Below are positions 1 through 11,462 of a stretch of DNA of 64,000 nucleotides, piece by piece. Both the position numbers and the translations under genes were made by a program. The notes below the pieces were generated by a model, which had not been told where the DNA came from, ran no database searches, and saw nothing but the letters and a program-made list of their open reading frames with translations. Source of the stretch: Podarcis pityusensis (Eukaryota); NCBI GenBank assembly GCA_964106645.2, contig OZ067042.1. One strand, given 5' to 3'. Numbering within the stretch: position 1 is the stretch's first letter; each line of letters starts with the position of its first letter.

Positions 1-1641
1 ACAACACATCACCACACACAATTGGTCCCAGGTGCATTTACAGTCCCATTTTTGAGCTGCACTGTTGTAGCTGTTCCAGGTGGCTACTATCTGTTTTCAA
101 CAACAAAAGTTTTATGTGGACCACTTCAGTGAGCAAACAGCTAAGTTTATACATTGCAGGGTTGTTGTTTAAGTCCACACTTTACTGTATCAACAGAATG
201 AGGCAGACTTTAAAACACATACACACAGAAGTGGCACAGGGTGATTTGGGACTGATCCATGCCTAGTCCCCAGTCATCAGCTTCATAACCATTTTAATCA
301 GACAGGTTTAGAGGGAAGAAGGCATTCCTTCATTTTAGCCATGTACACACTGTAAACTTTGTGGAAGCAATTCAGGATGCCTGAATAAGCAGGTCATCTG
401 GAGCATCCCTGTTTTGTGGATGGCAATGGGATCCACTGGACAAATTGTTCCCTTTAATCCTGCTCCTCTACATGAGTTATTACGTGGACAAACAGACCCA
501 AACAGTTCAATACAGATTCAATAACCAAAGAGCACTTCAGTGTCTCAAGACAGTCACACACAAGCAGCCAACAAACTTAACTGCAACAAATAACTAACCA
601 TGTTGTGCACAGAAGGCTGAATGGACTGGACCAGTGTTTTGTGCATGAATTATAAACCCAAGGAGCAGTTACTCAAGTAATTTGCACACAAAATGATTAT
701 AATGCCATTACAGTTCCTTAATCTGACAGCTTTACTTAACTGACTGGTCTCGTCTGTATACCCATTGTATGACAGATGATAATTCAGCATTCCAAACTAG
801 GCAAATAAAATGCCAGTTGCGTGAGCAATTTTAGATGCTTGATATGAATCACCTTGCTTCCTCCTTAGGGAAGAGCACGCCCTTGTTTTGCCTTCTTTTC
901 CAGCACACTTACTTCCAAGATCCCAGGTGTTGCCCCAACTCCTTGCCTTCTCCACAAGGCACATTTTTGTTTCATCTTTTCAACCTAGACATTTTCACAA
1001 GCAGAATTTACATACTCTCCAACAGAGGCTGGCTCAGTGAAATGGTATTCACTGATTTCTGTGGAGAACAGGCTGATCTTAGCTGAAGGAGACTCAGATT
1101 CAGATCTCTGTTCAGTCCTGTACCTTTTTAGCTGATATTGGACAAGTCAGTATATATAAAACAGTAACCTTAAGCAACAAAACTGAATATATATTGTTAG
1201 GACTACATGGCCTGTTTAATTTACTACACTGCCCCATATTATGGGAAAAGGCAAGAAGGTGCATTGAGTGTAGTATGGAGATCATGGACACTGCTGCCAA
1301 ATGTGGCCTCTCTGAACCATCACTAGGGGCAGAGACGTCATTCACATGCTGGGGCTTAGTGGGTTCCCTGAAGGACTGACCAGATACCACACAAAATACA
1401 AGGTGGTTTGGCTCACTGGTCCCATGAGAGGGCATGGTCTGGATGCATCTATTTGTGGCTCCATCCAAGAGCTGGATGTGGCTTGTCACAAACCAGTAAA
1501 AGCAAATACCATCTCAACACATTTTGTTGCACAGTTGCGCTTATCACTATTGCTCTGAAAGATCTCTTGCAAAAAAGGTACCGAGCCTCTCTTTTTACAA
1601 AGCTCCTGTGCCGTCTCAAAGAACTTAACTCAAGCAGGACA

Positions 1642-1994
1642 TGTTGTTGTTGTTGTTTAGTCGTTTAGTCATGTCTGACTCTTCGTGACCCCATGGACCA
1701 GAGCACGCCAGGCACTCCTGTCTTCCACTACCTCCTGCAGTTTGGTCAAACTCATGCTGGTAGCTTCAAGAACACTGTCCAACCATCTTGTCCTCTGTCA
1801 ACCCCTTCTCCCTTGTGCCCTCAATCTTTCCCAACAATAGGATATTTTCCAGGGAGTCTTCTCTTCTCATGAGGTAGCCAAAGAATTGGAGCCTCAGCTT
1901 CACGATCTGTCCTTCTAGTGAGAACTCAGGGCTGATTTCCTTAAGAATGGATAGGTTTGATCTTCTTGCAGTCCATGGGACTCTCAAGAGTCTC
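1642..1994 (-). mobile_element. BovB (RTE clade) LINE 3' fragment
   Basis: ORF 1766..2011 reads PWTARRSNLSILKEISPEFSLEGQIVKLRLQFFGYLMRREDSLE..LLGKIEG (BovB ORF C-terminus). (CAA)n tail at 1642-1657. Confidence 0.92.
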
Positions 1995-2065
1995 ATGGAC
2001 TGCATGCACATAAATTGCCTTCAGGGTTGTAGCTTAAGGACTTGCATCCACTGGAAAGTCACACA

Positions 2066-2332
2066 GGGACTGGTTCAGATGCTTGAAATTCCTCCATGTG
2101 AAATGCCCACATAGGCACAGCTGCATTAAGGAAGTTAGCATCCGTTCTGGTACAGCCACGATTTACAGTGCTTTCTGAGGATAATAGATTTAAGCACTGC
2201 AGCTGGAAAACACACTGCTTTGCTCATGTGGCTAGTGGTATGTGCACCCAGGGTGGAATAAGGCAGACGCTACCTCTTCTCTGCATTCAAGGCTATTTTC
2301 CATGGGGGAATTTCAAGCATCTGAACCAGCCC
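2066..2332. mobile_element. MITE with ~30-bp TIRs (possibly PIF/Harbinger)
   Basis: ctggttcagatgcttgaaattcc.ccatg / catgg.ggaatttcaagcatctgaaccag. Confidence 0.7.
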
Positions 2333-3735
2333 AGTGACATACATTATAACAGGTTGGTCAGTTGAACATCTATACAAGCACTTAGGTACTTCAATTAAAG
2401 ACTTTTTACTTTCCCTGACCCATCACAAAATGATTACTCTTATTCCACAGCAATATCACGCTTCTAGTTAGAAATCCACAACTTAATGATGGTCCCATGA
2501 CAGTGTGCCTGTCTGGGCCAATCAGCAGGCCACCCTCATGACTCACGGGGATGCAGAACATGCATTAATAGAAACAAGGGTGCCCCAGTTGCCTCGGCTG
2601 TGAAGCGATAGCAGGGGCAAGCTGAGAGCACTAGGACAAAGAGGTGTGGCTTTCTTTGTGCCATGATGGATACACCTCCTCTACTGCCAGGAAGCCTGGA
2701 TTCTGGGAATGTGGTCTTGATGGCGCACCTGTGCTTAAAGCCATCTAAATTGGGGTCATCACTACATCTCGTGGGAGTGAATTCTATAGTTTAACTGTAC
2801 ACTGCATAAAGAACTTTCTTTTGTCTGTTCTGAATCTTCCAGCATTCATTCAAAGAGAGATGAGGGCAAAAGAAAGCTCAGGCACAACTTAATGCTTTAC
2901 CCCCCACATCTGATGCTATAGCTAAGGTAGCACAGGTACAGGGCAGGTGCCCCTCCCTGTCACATTTATCATGCCAAATCCTGTGTAGATAAGCCTTAGA
3001 TCTTGTCTAGTCAATGATTAGTTGTTCTGTCTTGTTATGAAGTCGGTTGCAAGTTAGCCAACCTGTTTACAGACACCAGGTTAGAATCCAGTCTAGCAAG
3101 CTATAATAAACATTCATTTTCATGAAACAAATGTTGGTTGAATGTCTAGACTCACCTTGAGATTGTCAGTTAATTCATTTTAATTGGGATATCATGATCC
3201 AGCAAGGGAAGTCTGCATTGGGTCATCCATACACAGTCAAGTACCTTGCATTCAGCATCTGGGGTTGCACAAACACCCAGGGGATTATTTAAGTCTACAG
3301 GTGCAACTTTGAACAGGCAATCAGCATCATCAGGTGTGAGAGTACTGTAGTTATATCTTATTTAATGAGCTACAAATCCAGTTTCCTTTCCCCTCTTCCC
3401 TTTAAAAGGTAGTAAGTACTGCCAAAGCTGGTTGTGTCAATTATATATTTAGTACGTACATGCAGATCCATGAAAGAGGCCTGTAGCTATAGGCAAAGGC
3501 AAGCCTTTGAGTCTGGAAATCCTGGGGATCTCTCTGCATGGTGGAGTGAGGGAAAGATCGCTGTCTTTCGCTTTCCCTGGCCTGACCTTCACATCTTCTT
3601 CATATGTGTTAGGGGGGAGGGAATTGGTTGCTGCATTGTGCCTGCCCACCAAAATACCCCACCTAGGTGGCAGCCCTACCTAACAAGGCTGGCTGCACAA
3701 AGTGTCACTCATTCATCTGTTCCAAGGTAGAGAGA

Positions 3736-3852
3736 CAGGGCTTTTTTCAGCCAGAACTCACAGAAACTCAGAGGTGGGTGCCACTGCCATTATAAAAGAA
3801 CAAGAGGTGTTCATGGTGAGTTCCGGCAACTTTTTCTATAAAAATAGCACTG
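3736..3852. mobile_element. hAT-like MITE; a longer relative lies at ~30920-31455
   Basis: cagggcttttttc...aaaaatagcactg ends; shared ttcatggtgagttcc internal motif. Confidence 0.6.
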
Positions 3853-6363
3853 GGGAGACTTAATGACACCAGTTGGCGACAAGCTCAGAGCACCATCAAC
3901 TGGTTGCCACTGTAACATTCTGAATAGCACACTTTTTAGACTTGTTCTGGTGCATGCATACTTGTGTGCAAACTTTACCAGCATGGGTCAGCCAACCAAC
4001 CAAATCAATTCCAGGACCTAACTTGAGAATTCAGCCTCACATCACAGATTTCCCCCTGAGAAAGTTGCATGAAGAATTCTGATGATTCCATGGGAATCAT
4101 CCCTAAAGCCATCAAGTGCAGGCTAAACATTACATCATTCTTAAAGCAGTTGGAAATTATACACCAATTTAGCTGAATTCACAGCATGCCCCATCCCAAC
4201 ATGGCAGAGCGAATAACAACAGATTAAAACAAAAACACAAAAATGCCTCTCTAAAATCCTGTTGCGATCCAAGTAAAACAGCCAAAGAACAAAACAGCAG
4301 CTGAGTGTCCCAGTCACCAAGCAGCTTCTCTTTAGCCCACCACAAACCAACCTCAGCAGAAATGGACTGCTTGCAAGTGTGCTCAAAGTCATACTGGAGC
4401 TATTCCCCAGCCTTAAGTATACTCTGCCTTTGAGGAGTTAAAGCTTCTCAAATAGAGACACTTACTGGGTTGATTCCTTAGAGAAGTTAACAGAGCAATC
4501 CTAGTCACGTCTACTCAGAAGTAAGTCTCTATTCTGTCCAATAGATCTTACCCCCAGATAAGTAAGGGGGCATAGGACTGCAGCCAAAAATGTGTTTATG
4601 GACTTATTTATTTATTGTAATTTCTATACCGCTTTATATTTTTAATAATGTGTATAGCAGTGTATAGCATATGGTGTCCTCTCTTTATCATATGGGATTA
4701 TTTCTTAATACTTCATGTAAAGAGATTCCCTGGCCTTGGCAAGACTCCATGAGGAAGAAGTCCTTAGCTAAGCTATCAATGGTGCCTTTCTGTGTGTACT
4801 TGGCCAACCCCAGAGAGCACAATCAAACATCAGAGAGGAAGTTGTCTCCCCTAAACCCCTTTCCCCCTGCCTATGAAGTTGTCAGCCGCCTCCCCCACAT
4901 TCCCCTCCTGACTCTTCTGCCAGCGCTCACTCCTCCTGGTGGGCTGCCTTGCCAGCCGCTGCTACTGCGACAGCTCCTGCACTTTCTGCAGACACAACCC
5001 TTGCATAACAGGAGAAGAATGGTGCTCTCTGTTCCCACAGCACAGCCCGTGCATCTGCACCAAAGGCAAAAGGAACCACATCCCCAATGTAATCGGGCAG
5101 CCTCACGCTTAAGGCCTTACGTACACAAATCCTTTATCGAAAGGCATTTGGGGCTTTCATTTTCACCTCACTTTTCGTGTGGACATTTGCCACTCTTCAG
5201 GTTTAGTTATTTCGGCAAACCACTCCTCAACTTTACCCAACTTTCTTCAATGGTTGCTTCTGCACTAAACACACATCTGGAATATTTCCAGTTCTCTGTA
5301 TACATTGGGGATAACCAATATGGCACCCTTCAGATGCTACTGAGCTCCCATCAGCCCTAGGTAGCATGGTGAGAGATAATGACAGTTGTAGTCCAGCAAT
5401 GTCTGAAGAGCACCATGTTGACGATCTCTGGTGTGCATCCTTGTTACATACAGAGCCACCTGTAAGACACACGGCACTTCCCCTTGCCAACATAAGGAAA
5501 ACAGTAAGATGCAATTCTTCAACACTTCAACACTACGGCTTGGGGAATGTGCTTGAGGCAGAAGCAGCAGTGGTTGTTTCTTACCCATGAGAGCTGCACT
5601 GAAGCAGCTCTCACTTCAGAAACTATCCACAGTTTTTAGAGCTTTCCATTATTTCTTTTCTTTGCGCTAGCTAGTTTCATCCCAAGGGACTGACCGGTGG
5701 ATACGAAGCTGCACTGTACTAGGCCGGACTGCTTGTCAATCTTCAGGGTCAATCCAAGACACTGCCTACATTTGGAACAGCAAATGGCTGCCCCCCAGAT
5801 CAGGTACCCACTCCCTTCTCCCCAGTTCAAGTTGCATATTGACCAAGGTTGGTCAAGTTATTTGGGCACCTGGTTCCATTCCCAACAGAGCAAAAACACA
5901 ATAATAAATTAAACAAGGGGTTTCTGCCTTTTCATGTTCGCCTGATACAATTGCCTCACTGGTCATGATTTTCTGGAAAATGTTGACTAGGAAAAAATTC
6001 AAGAACATTTTCCTATGCAAATGAAGTTGATTTGCATAGGGTGATTTGAAAATGGGGCAAGTAGAGAATGGTCTAATTCACATGTTTTGTTTTACTTGCA
6101 TTTAGTAAACCAAACTTTTTAAAAGTACCCAATTTCTTACCACAAATGTCTGACCTGAAATAGATGTACCCTCTTCACATACTAGCGATAATCACCTGGA
6201 AAAACATTAATTGAAACTTCAGAACTCCCAAGCTTGCCTCATAGCGTATTTGCAGTAGGTACCCATTTGTGGTTACTAATGAAATGGGAAATTTTCCACA
6301 GTAAAATGAAGCACTGAGGAAAACAATTCCAGAATTACTTCCACTCCACATCACTGCCTAATG

Positions 6364-6499
6364 CAGGCTTCCTCAAACTCAGCCCTCCAGATGTTTTGAG
6401 ACTACATTTCCCATTATTCCTGACCACTGGTCCTGCTAGCTAGGGATCATGGGAGTTGTAGGCCAAAAACATCTGGAGGGCCGAGTTTGAGGAAGCCTG
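6364..6499. mobile_element. hAT-type palindromic MITE with perfect 8-bp TSD
   Basis: gcctaatg at 6356-6363 and 6500-6507. TIR caggcttcctcaaactc.gccctccagatgtttt / aaaacatctggagggc.gagtttgaggaagcctg. Confidence 0.9.
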
Positions 6500-8282
6500 G
6501 CCTAATGGTATGGCCAACCCTCTACATCTTTCCTAGGACTAATGTTGAATGGTAGGCAGTAGCTCTTCAGTGTCTCAGGAAGAGCGAGTGGTGTAGTTCA
6601 ACTCTAGATATGAATGGGCCAAGTTCACATTGCTGGCTAATGGAAGCCAGCACAAGTCCCACTAGCACAACAGGTCACGTGTGACCCCCACAAGTCCCCC
6701 CAACCCCAGAACAGGACACGGGGCAGGTGAAGGGAGGAGATCATTCCATCTCGCAAGCAGAAACACTTGTACTGAGTGAATGATCACCACAGTGAGACCT
6801 TGAATCCCACCCAATGGTCTTATACCCAAACCCCAAACCCTTTAGGTGTCCTGCTAAATTTGGGGCCTCTCATGCCCTGCCCACTTTGCTGAGTGGGACT
6901 CTGGACCCTGCCTCCGATTCCTGTGTTGTTGGCCCTACTAGGCAGTCCCTCGCCTGCTGCTTGACCCTTTCAATTGATAATATCAGGGACTGAACCCAGA
7001 GTCTTCTGAATGCATTGGCATGTGTTCTTCTCCTGAGCAATGATGGTCACTTTTGAAAGCCAGTCACCACCTCCAAGGTGCAGGGAGAAGGCAGGGAACT
7101 CTCATTTCAGGGCTCTGTCTCACTCAGATATATTCAGACAAACTACAGTAATAACTATAATGAACTATTCCCATTGTGAATGACTATTCCCATAGTGAAT
7201 GAACACTGTTACTATTATCCAACAGCAAAGCTGATATCTGGACACAAAAATGGACATATACAGTGCCATAAAGGTTAACAGGAGGTTACATTAAGAGACC
7301 TAGGCTGCAATACTAGGCCCACATATCTCTGCGGGGGTTACTTTTGAGTAGACATGAGTAGGATTGCACTATACAGACCTTGATTCCTGAAAACTGCAGA
7401 TTCAGGAAGTGCTGGACAATTGTCAACTACTATCTATTCAGATTACATATACATAAATAAATGACTCTTTGTAGACTGGTCAGTTACCATTGGAATAAGG
7501 CAAACCTATGAGAGCAATCCTGTCGAGCTCCGGAGAATGAAAAATTCATTTTAAATGTTTGCATTATAAATGCAGAAAGCCAGATCCTCAGGTACTGATG
7601 GAAACTGGCCTCACCAGACTATAATGTCAGCTGGTCCAACCACCTCTTAAACTGGTAAAGTGAGTAGACATTTATTTATTATATTTAGATTCCTTTCCTG
7701 CCCTGGCCCTAAGGCAGCATGCTGGTTGCAATGCATCCAGGGATGAGTGGTGGAGGAAAAGTTTCCAGTGCTTTTCCAGTGAATTTTTTCCTTGTCATAA
7801 GGTCATTATTGACAATAAATGAATGCAGGTTGCAAATACAATGTTAGGTAACCTTGGCAGTTTTAGTTTTGTTTACTGAATGCAAATGAAAATAAACAAG
7901 CATTCTATATCAGAACACCCTGTAGGGCATCAGAAAATTTTCTCAGTGTAAAAGGAAAATTTTCCCAGTGCAAATTGCTGTCATGTGTAGACGTAAAAAT
8001 TCCCAGAAAAATTCCCAGTTCAACATTTTCTGGAAATCCCACATCACTGAATGCTGCCTTTCCTTGCTGCATCTTCTCAATAACTCTGCAAAGTAAGACA
8101 GACTAAATGACAGCCATTCAATAAACTGCATAACTGAGCAAATATTGGAACATTTGGACCCACCACATTGGCTTATATTGTATATGAACAAGAAAAAAGA
8201 TAAAATTATAGTACAATCCTGTGCAAAATTACTCAGAAGTAAACCTCAATGTGTGCAATGCAACTTACTCCCACCAGGTAAG

Positions 8283-8720
8283 AAAGGGGATTTTAGGAAT
8301 AACTTTCTGACAGCATGGGCGGTTCTGTGGTGGACCAGATTACCTAGTGGGCTCACCTAATCTTTGGTTTTTAAGCAGAAGTTGAAGAGATGCTCATTTG
8401 GGATGATGTGGAGGTAGTTTTCCTGTACCTGCAAGGGCATGGACTAGGTGAGCTTTGTGTTCCCTTCCACCTCTGTGACTTTAAGCATAAGTGCCTAAGA
8501 ACATAAAACAAGATCAGCTGGATAGGAAAGTGGCCCCTCTAGTCTAGCAGCCGTTCCTCACCCTGCAGCAACACTCTCCCCTCCTGTGGGTTCCAGAAGC
8601 TGGTATTAGGACTCGAATATTGGACATAGCCTTATCCTCCATCTATCGTGGATTTGTCGAAGCCTCTTTTAAAGTCATCCTAAATTGGTGGCCATCACTG
8701 TTGCTTGCGGGTGCTCATTC
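8283..8720. mobile_element. Two old CR1 3' fragments, tail to tail
   Basis: 8283-8482 on the plus strand (ggactaggtgagc...ttcccttcca); 8497-8720 on the minus strand (taagaacataa...ctggat...tctagtctagc). Confidence 0.55.
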
Positions 8721-9287
8721 ACATTGCATAAAAGGTGTGTAAGGTTGCAACCTTAATGTATTTCCAGAACGGCAAAGACAGGCTTGCTTCACTTCACTTG
8801 CAGAGCCTAGTATGTGTCTAGACACTCAGCTGGTTTATAACACTGGGGTTCACTCTTGAGCTAATCAAAGAAAAAAATTGTTTCCGAGAATGTGCAGAGT
8901 ACCTTTCCCTCGCCACTGAGTAACCATATCGGTCCCCATTGCTGCCATACACTCAGGCTAAGGAGTCATTCTGCCATAAGACGACACCTCACCTCTCGTT
9001 AGAATCGTAGCACTAAGCATTGCGTCCCTTAATACTTAAAAGGGCTTTAAAACAATTCATTAAAAACACAAGGGACACTCAGCTCTCCACCCACCTCCAG
9101 ATACCATTCGGCAGCCACGCCTTCCCCTTCCTTATCTTCCCCCGCACAATCTTGCAGACTAAACTTATAAAGTCTGCGAATATTTATTACACGGGGGAAC
9201 TAAATACACCCCCCCTTACAATTCTGTTTTGGAGCAACAGCAAGACCGGAAGCGAAAGAAGGGGCGGGGAGGGGGGGTCGGTCCTTT

Positions 9288-9289
<2 letters not shown>

Positions 9290-9346
<57 letters not shown>
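9290..9346. repeat. Compound (TC)n(CA)n microsatellite
   Basis: Read directly from the sequence. Confidence 0.97.
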
Positions 9347-9351
<5 letters not shown>

Positions 9352-10036
9352 GGGTACTGAAATCCTCCCCCGCTTCGCGCCAAACCGACTCCAAGTCTCG
9401 TGTTCACCTTTTCATTTCCTACAGTTTCACTGGCCCTCACCTAGAGGGTTTTCGGAGCACCAGATGTATGTCAAGGAGGTTCAAATACTCTCTCGCACAC
9501 ACAGTATTTCTCTTAATCCTTTCAAAAAGAAGCCGGTTGTGTCACAATTTCACACACCCACACACCCGATGTGTTGTTTCTGTGTCCCATCACCACGAGC
9601 ATCAGAACCAAAATCCTCCCCCAAGCGGCACCCTCGACTCCTTCTCCGCCGGCGGAATGGGGCTCCGTGGACCTCAGCGAATCCCCCCTCTCTAGGGGTG
9701 GGTCCTGGAGGAGGGAGACGGACCCGGCTGCGATTAGGGACTCTTCGCTCGCCACTTTCCCCCTGCCTCACAAACCCAGCCCCGGCGTCCTGGCCAGTCT
9801 CGGTCCCGAGGCAACGCCTGTGGGGCAAAGATCCGTCTCAACCCACCCGCCCATTCATTAAACGCTATAGAGAAACCCACGTTTTAAGGGACTTACGAGC
9901 AACCACAAGTCACATTCGGCTGCTTAGGCAGAACGATCCATTGAGGACAAACGAACTAGCAATCCTTTCCGAAGTACCGATACTGCCCCTTTCCCACGCT
10001 GAGGGTGGGGGAAGCAAGCGAACCATTCCCCCTTAC

Positions 10037-10052
10037 CTTTATATTTATCCAT
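10037..10052 (-). CDS. AFAP1L2: AFAP1L2 (XB130) first coding exon, 16 nt (MDKYK + 1 nt)
   Basis: ccaggATGGATAAATATAAAG|gtaagg inside a CpG island, with good Kozak context (A at -3, G at +4). Human AFAP1L2 starts MERYK and lies directly downstream of ABLIM1 on the same strand (recalled synteny). Confidence 0.85.
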
Positions 10053-10267
10053 CCTGGATCCTTCTTTTCTTTTTATTTAGTTTTCAGTTCTGGCCGCGTA
10101 GGGCAGGGAGACCTTGCATAGGGCGGCGGCGGACTCGGGCTTCCCACGCTCGCCCCTGAGTTAAAGCCCTCTCCCCGCGGGACGCGCCGGCTCGCTCCTT
10201 CCTCGCCCGCGCCAGGCTCTGCCTCTCCAGTTCTCCTCGCTCGGGCAGGCTCCCTTCGCGCCGAGCA

Positions 10268-10290
10268 CCGCCCCTTCCGTGACGTCACGG
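10268..10290. promoter_or_regulatory. Full CRE (TGACGTCA, 10280-10287) in a 14-bp palindrome, overlapping an ETS core and adjoining a GC box
   Basis: ccgccccttccgtgacgtcacgg. Confidence 0.7.
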
Positions 10291-10382
10291 CAGCGGGATC
10301 TACTGGGGCTAAAGGAGCTGGCTTCCCCGAGGGGGTCTTTGGGGAGCGGCGGTGCCTCTGCGGTGGTTGCCCTCGAAAGTTG

Positions 10383-10418
<36 letters not shown>
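10383..10418. repeat. (CAT)12 microsatellite
   Basis: Read directly from the sequence. Confidence 0.97.
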
Positions 10419-10421
<3 letters not shown>

Positions 10422-10513
10422 CCCTTCTTGGTCAAGTACTTATCCAAACGTGGCAGAAGCACTTATGTATTAATTTAACGTTAATAAGGGAACAAAAAGC
10501 AGCTGTTTTCGCC

Positions 10514-10613
10514 TCGCAGTTGGACGGCCACCTGTCGTGAATGATTAGCTGTGATTCCTGCATTGCAGGGGGTTGGACTAGATGACCCTCGGAGTCCCGT
10601 CCAACTACGATTC
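10514..10613 (+). mobile_element. CR1 LINE 3' end
   Basis: gattcctgcattgcagggggttggactagatgaccctc...gtcccgtccaact..gattc. Confidence 0.75.
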
Positions 10614-11422
10614 CTCTGTGCTAGATAAGGAGTAATAGCAAACTGCAGGAAGAAGAGGGCGTGGGCGTTTAACAGGCGAGGGTGCTGCCTCCCTCGCTGG
10701 AAACGGGCTTTGCAAAGCGAGAGAGAAAATCAGAAGAGTTTGCCAGCGGGGATGCAAGCTGGAGCGCGGCGCTGGGCAGAGCTGCTGCGAAGGTTAGAAA
10801 GTTGGCCAGCGGAGTCGGAGAGGACGAAGGCTGCAATCCCACAGCGCTGTTGGAAGTGCTTCCCTGCCCTTCCGGACAGGTTAGAAATTGCAGCGACTTC
10901 CGCCTCAGCCAGGGAAAACACTCCCTTCCCCCGAACCCTGAGTTATCTGCAAGATTACACGAGCTGAACACTTTGAAGCCAGAATGTTTGCTGAATATAA
11001 TTTGTAGAGCAGGAGCGATTTTACGCATCTTTTTAAAAAAGGCTTTCTGTACAGTTGCAGAAACGGGAGAGGGATGCTCAGCACTTTCTGGGAGATGCAT
11101 GGGAATAAATCAGTGGCTGTTTGTTTCTAGCCTTAGAACAGGAGAGGGAATTCTCAAGCCCTGGCATCATGCAGCCCTCAAAGCTTCTAGATCCAGAGAC
11201 TCCTCCCAAGCCCAACCCGCTTCTGATTCTGAGTGTTTTTGCCTGCCTGGAATGTGTCCTTGGACTCTGGTGATTCTTTTTGCTTCACCCTTGCCCTAGG
11301 TTTCCCCTAGACTAGAGCAGCCTTTCTCAACCTTGGGTCCCCAGATGGACTACAACTCCCATCATCCGTGGCTGCTGGCCCTTCTCACTAGGCTGCCTTA
11401 GAGTCTGTTGGGATAGAAATAA

Positions 11423-11462
<40 letters not shown>
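11423..11462. repeat. (AAT)n microsatellite
   Basis: Read directly from the sequence. Confidence 0.97.

Larger units (their letters stand above)
9600..10380 (-). promoter_or_regulatory. CpG island / AFAP1L2 promoter and 5'UTR
   Basis: Sharp local rise in GC and CpG density against a CpG-depleted background; GC boxes; surrounds the first exon. Confidence 0.85.

Noticed and set aside
4671-5360. 229-aa plus-strand ORF
   Set aside because: No recognisable domain, antisense within AFAP1L2 intron 1, and it runs into a MITE at its 3' end. Consistent with a chance ORF.
7943-8191. FAELLRRCSK peptide as possible AFAP1L2 exon 2
   Set aside because: The expected LEQLLTEL.DFL.ILD.ENLS segment is absent and there are no fitting splice sites. 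Exon 2 probably lies left of the window.
9464-10159. 231-aa plus-strand ORF
   Set aside because: Stop-poor GC-rich CpG island, antisense to AFAP1L2 exon 1, with low-complexity Pro/Arg composition.
10161-10418. ORF beginning with 12 methionines
   Set aside because: Artefact of the (CAT)12 microsatellite.
10669-11299. Overlapping 205-aa (+) and 143-aa (-) ORFs
   Set aside because: No homology recognised, non-ATG start for the long ORF, and located on the CpG-island flank.
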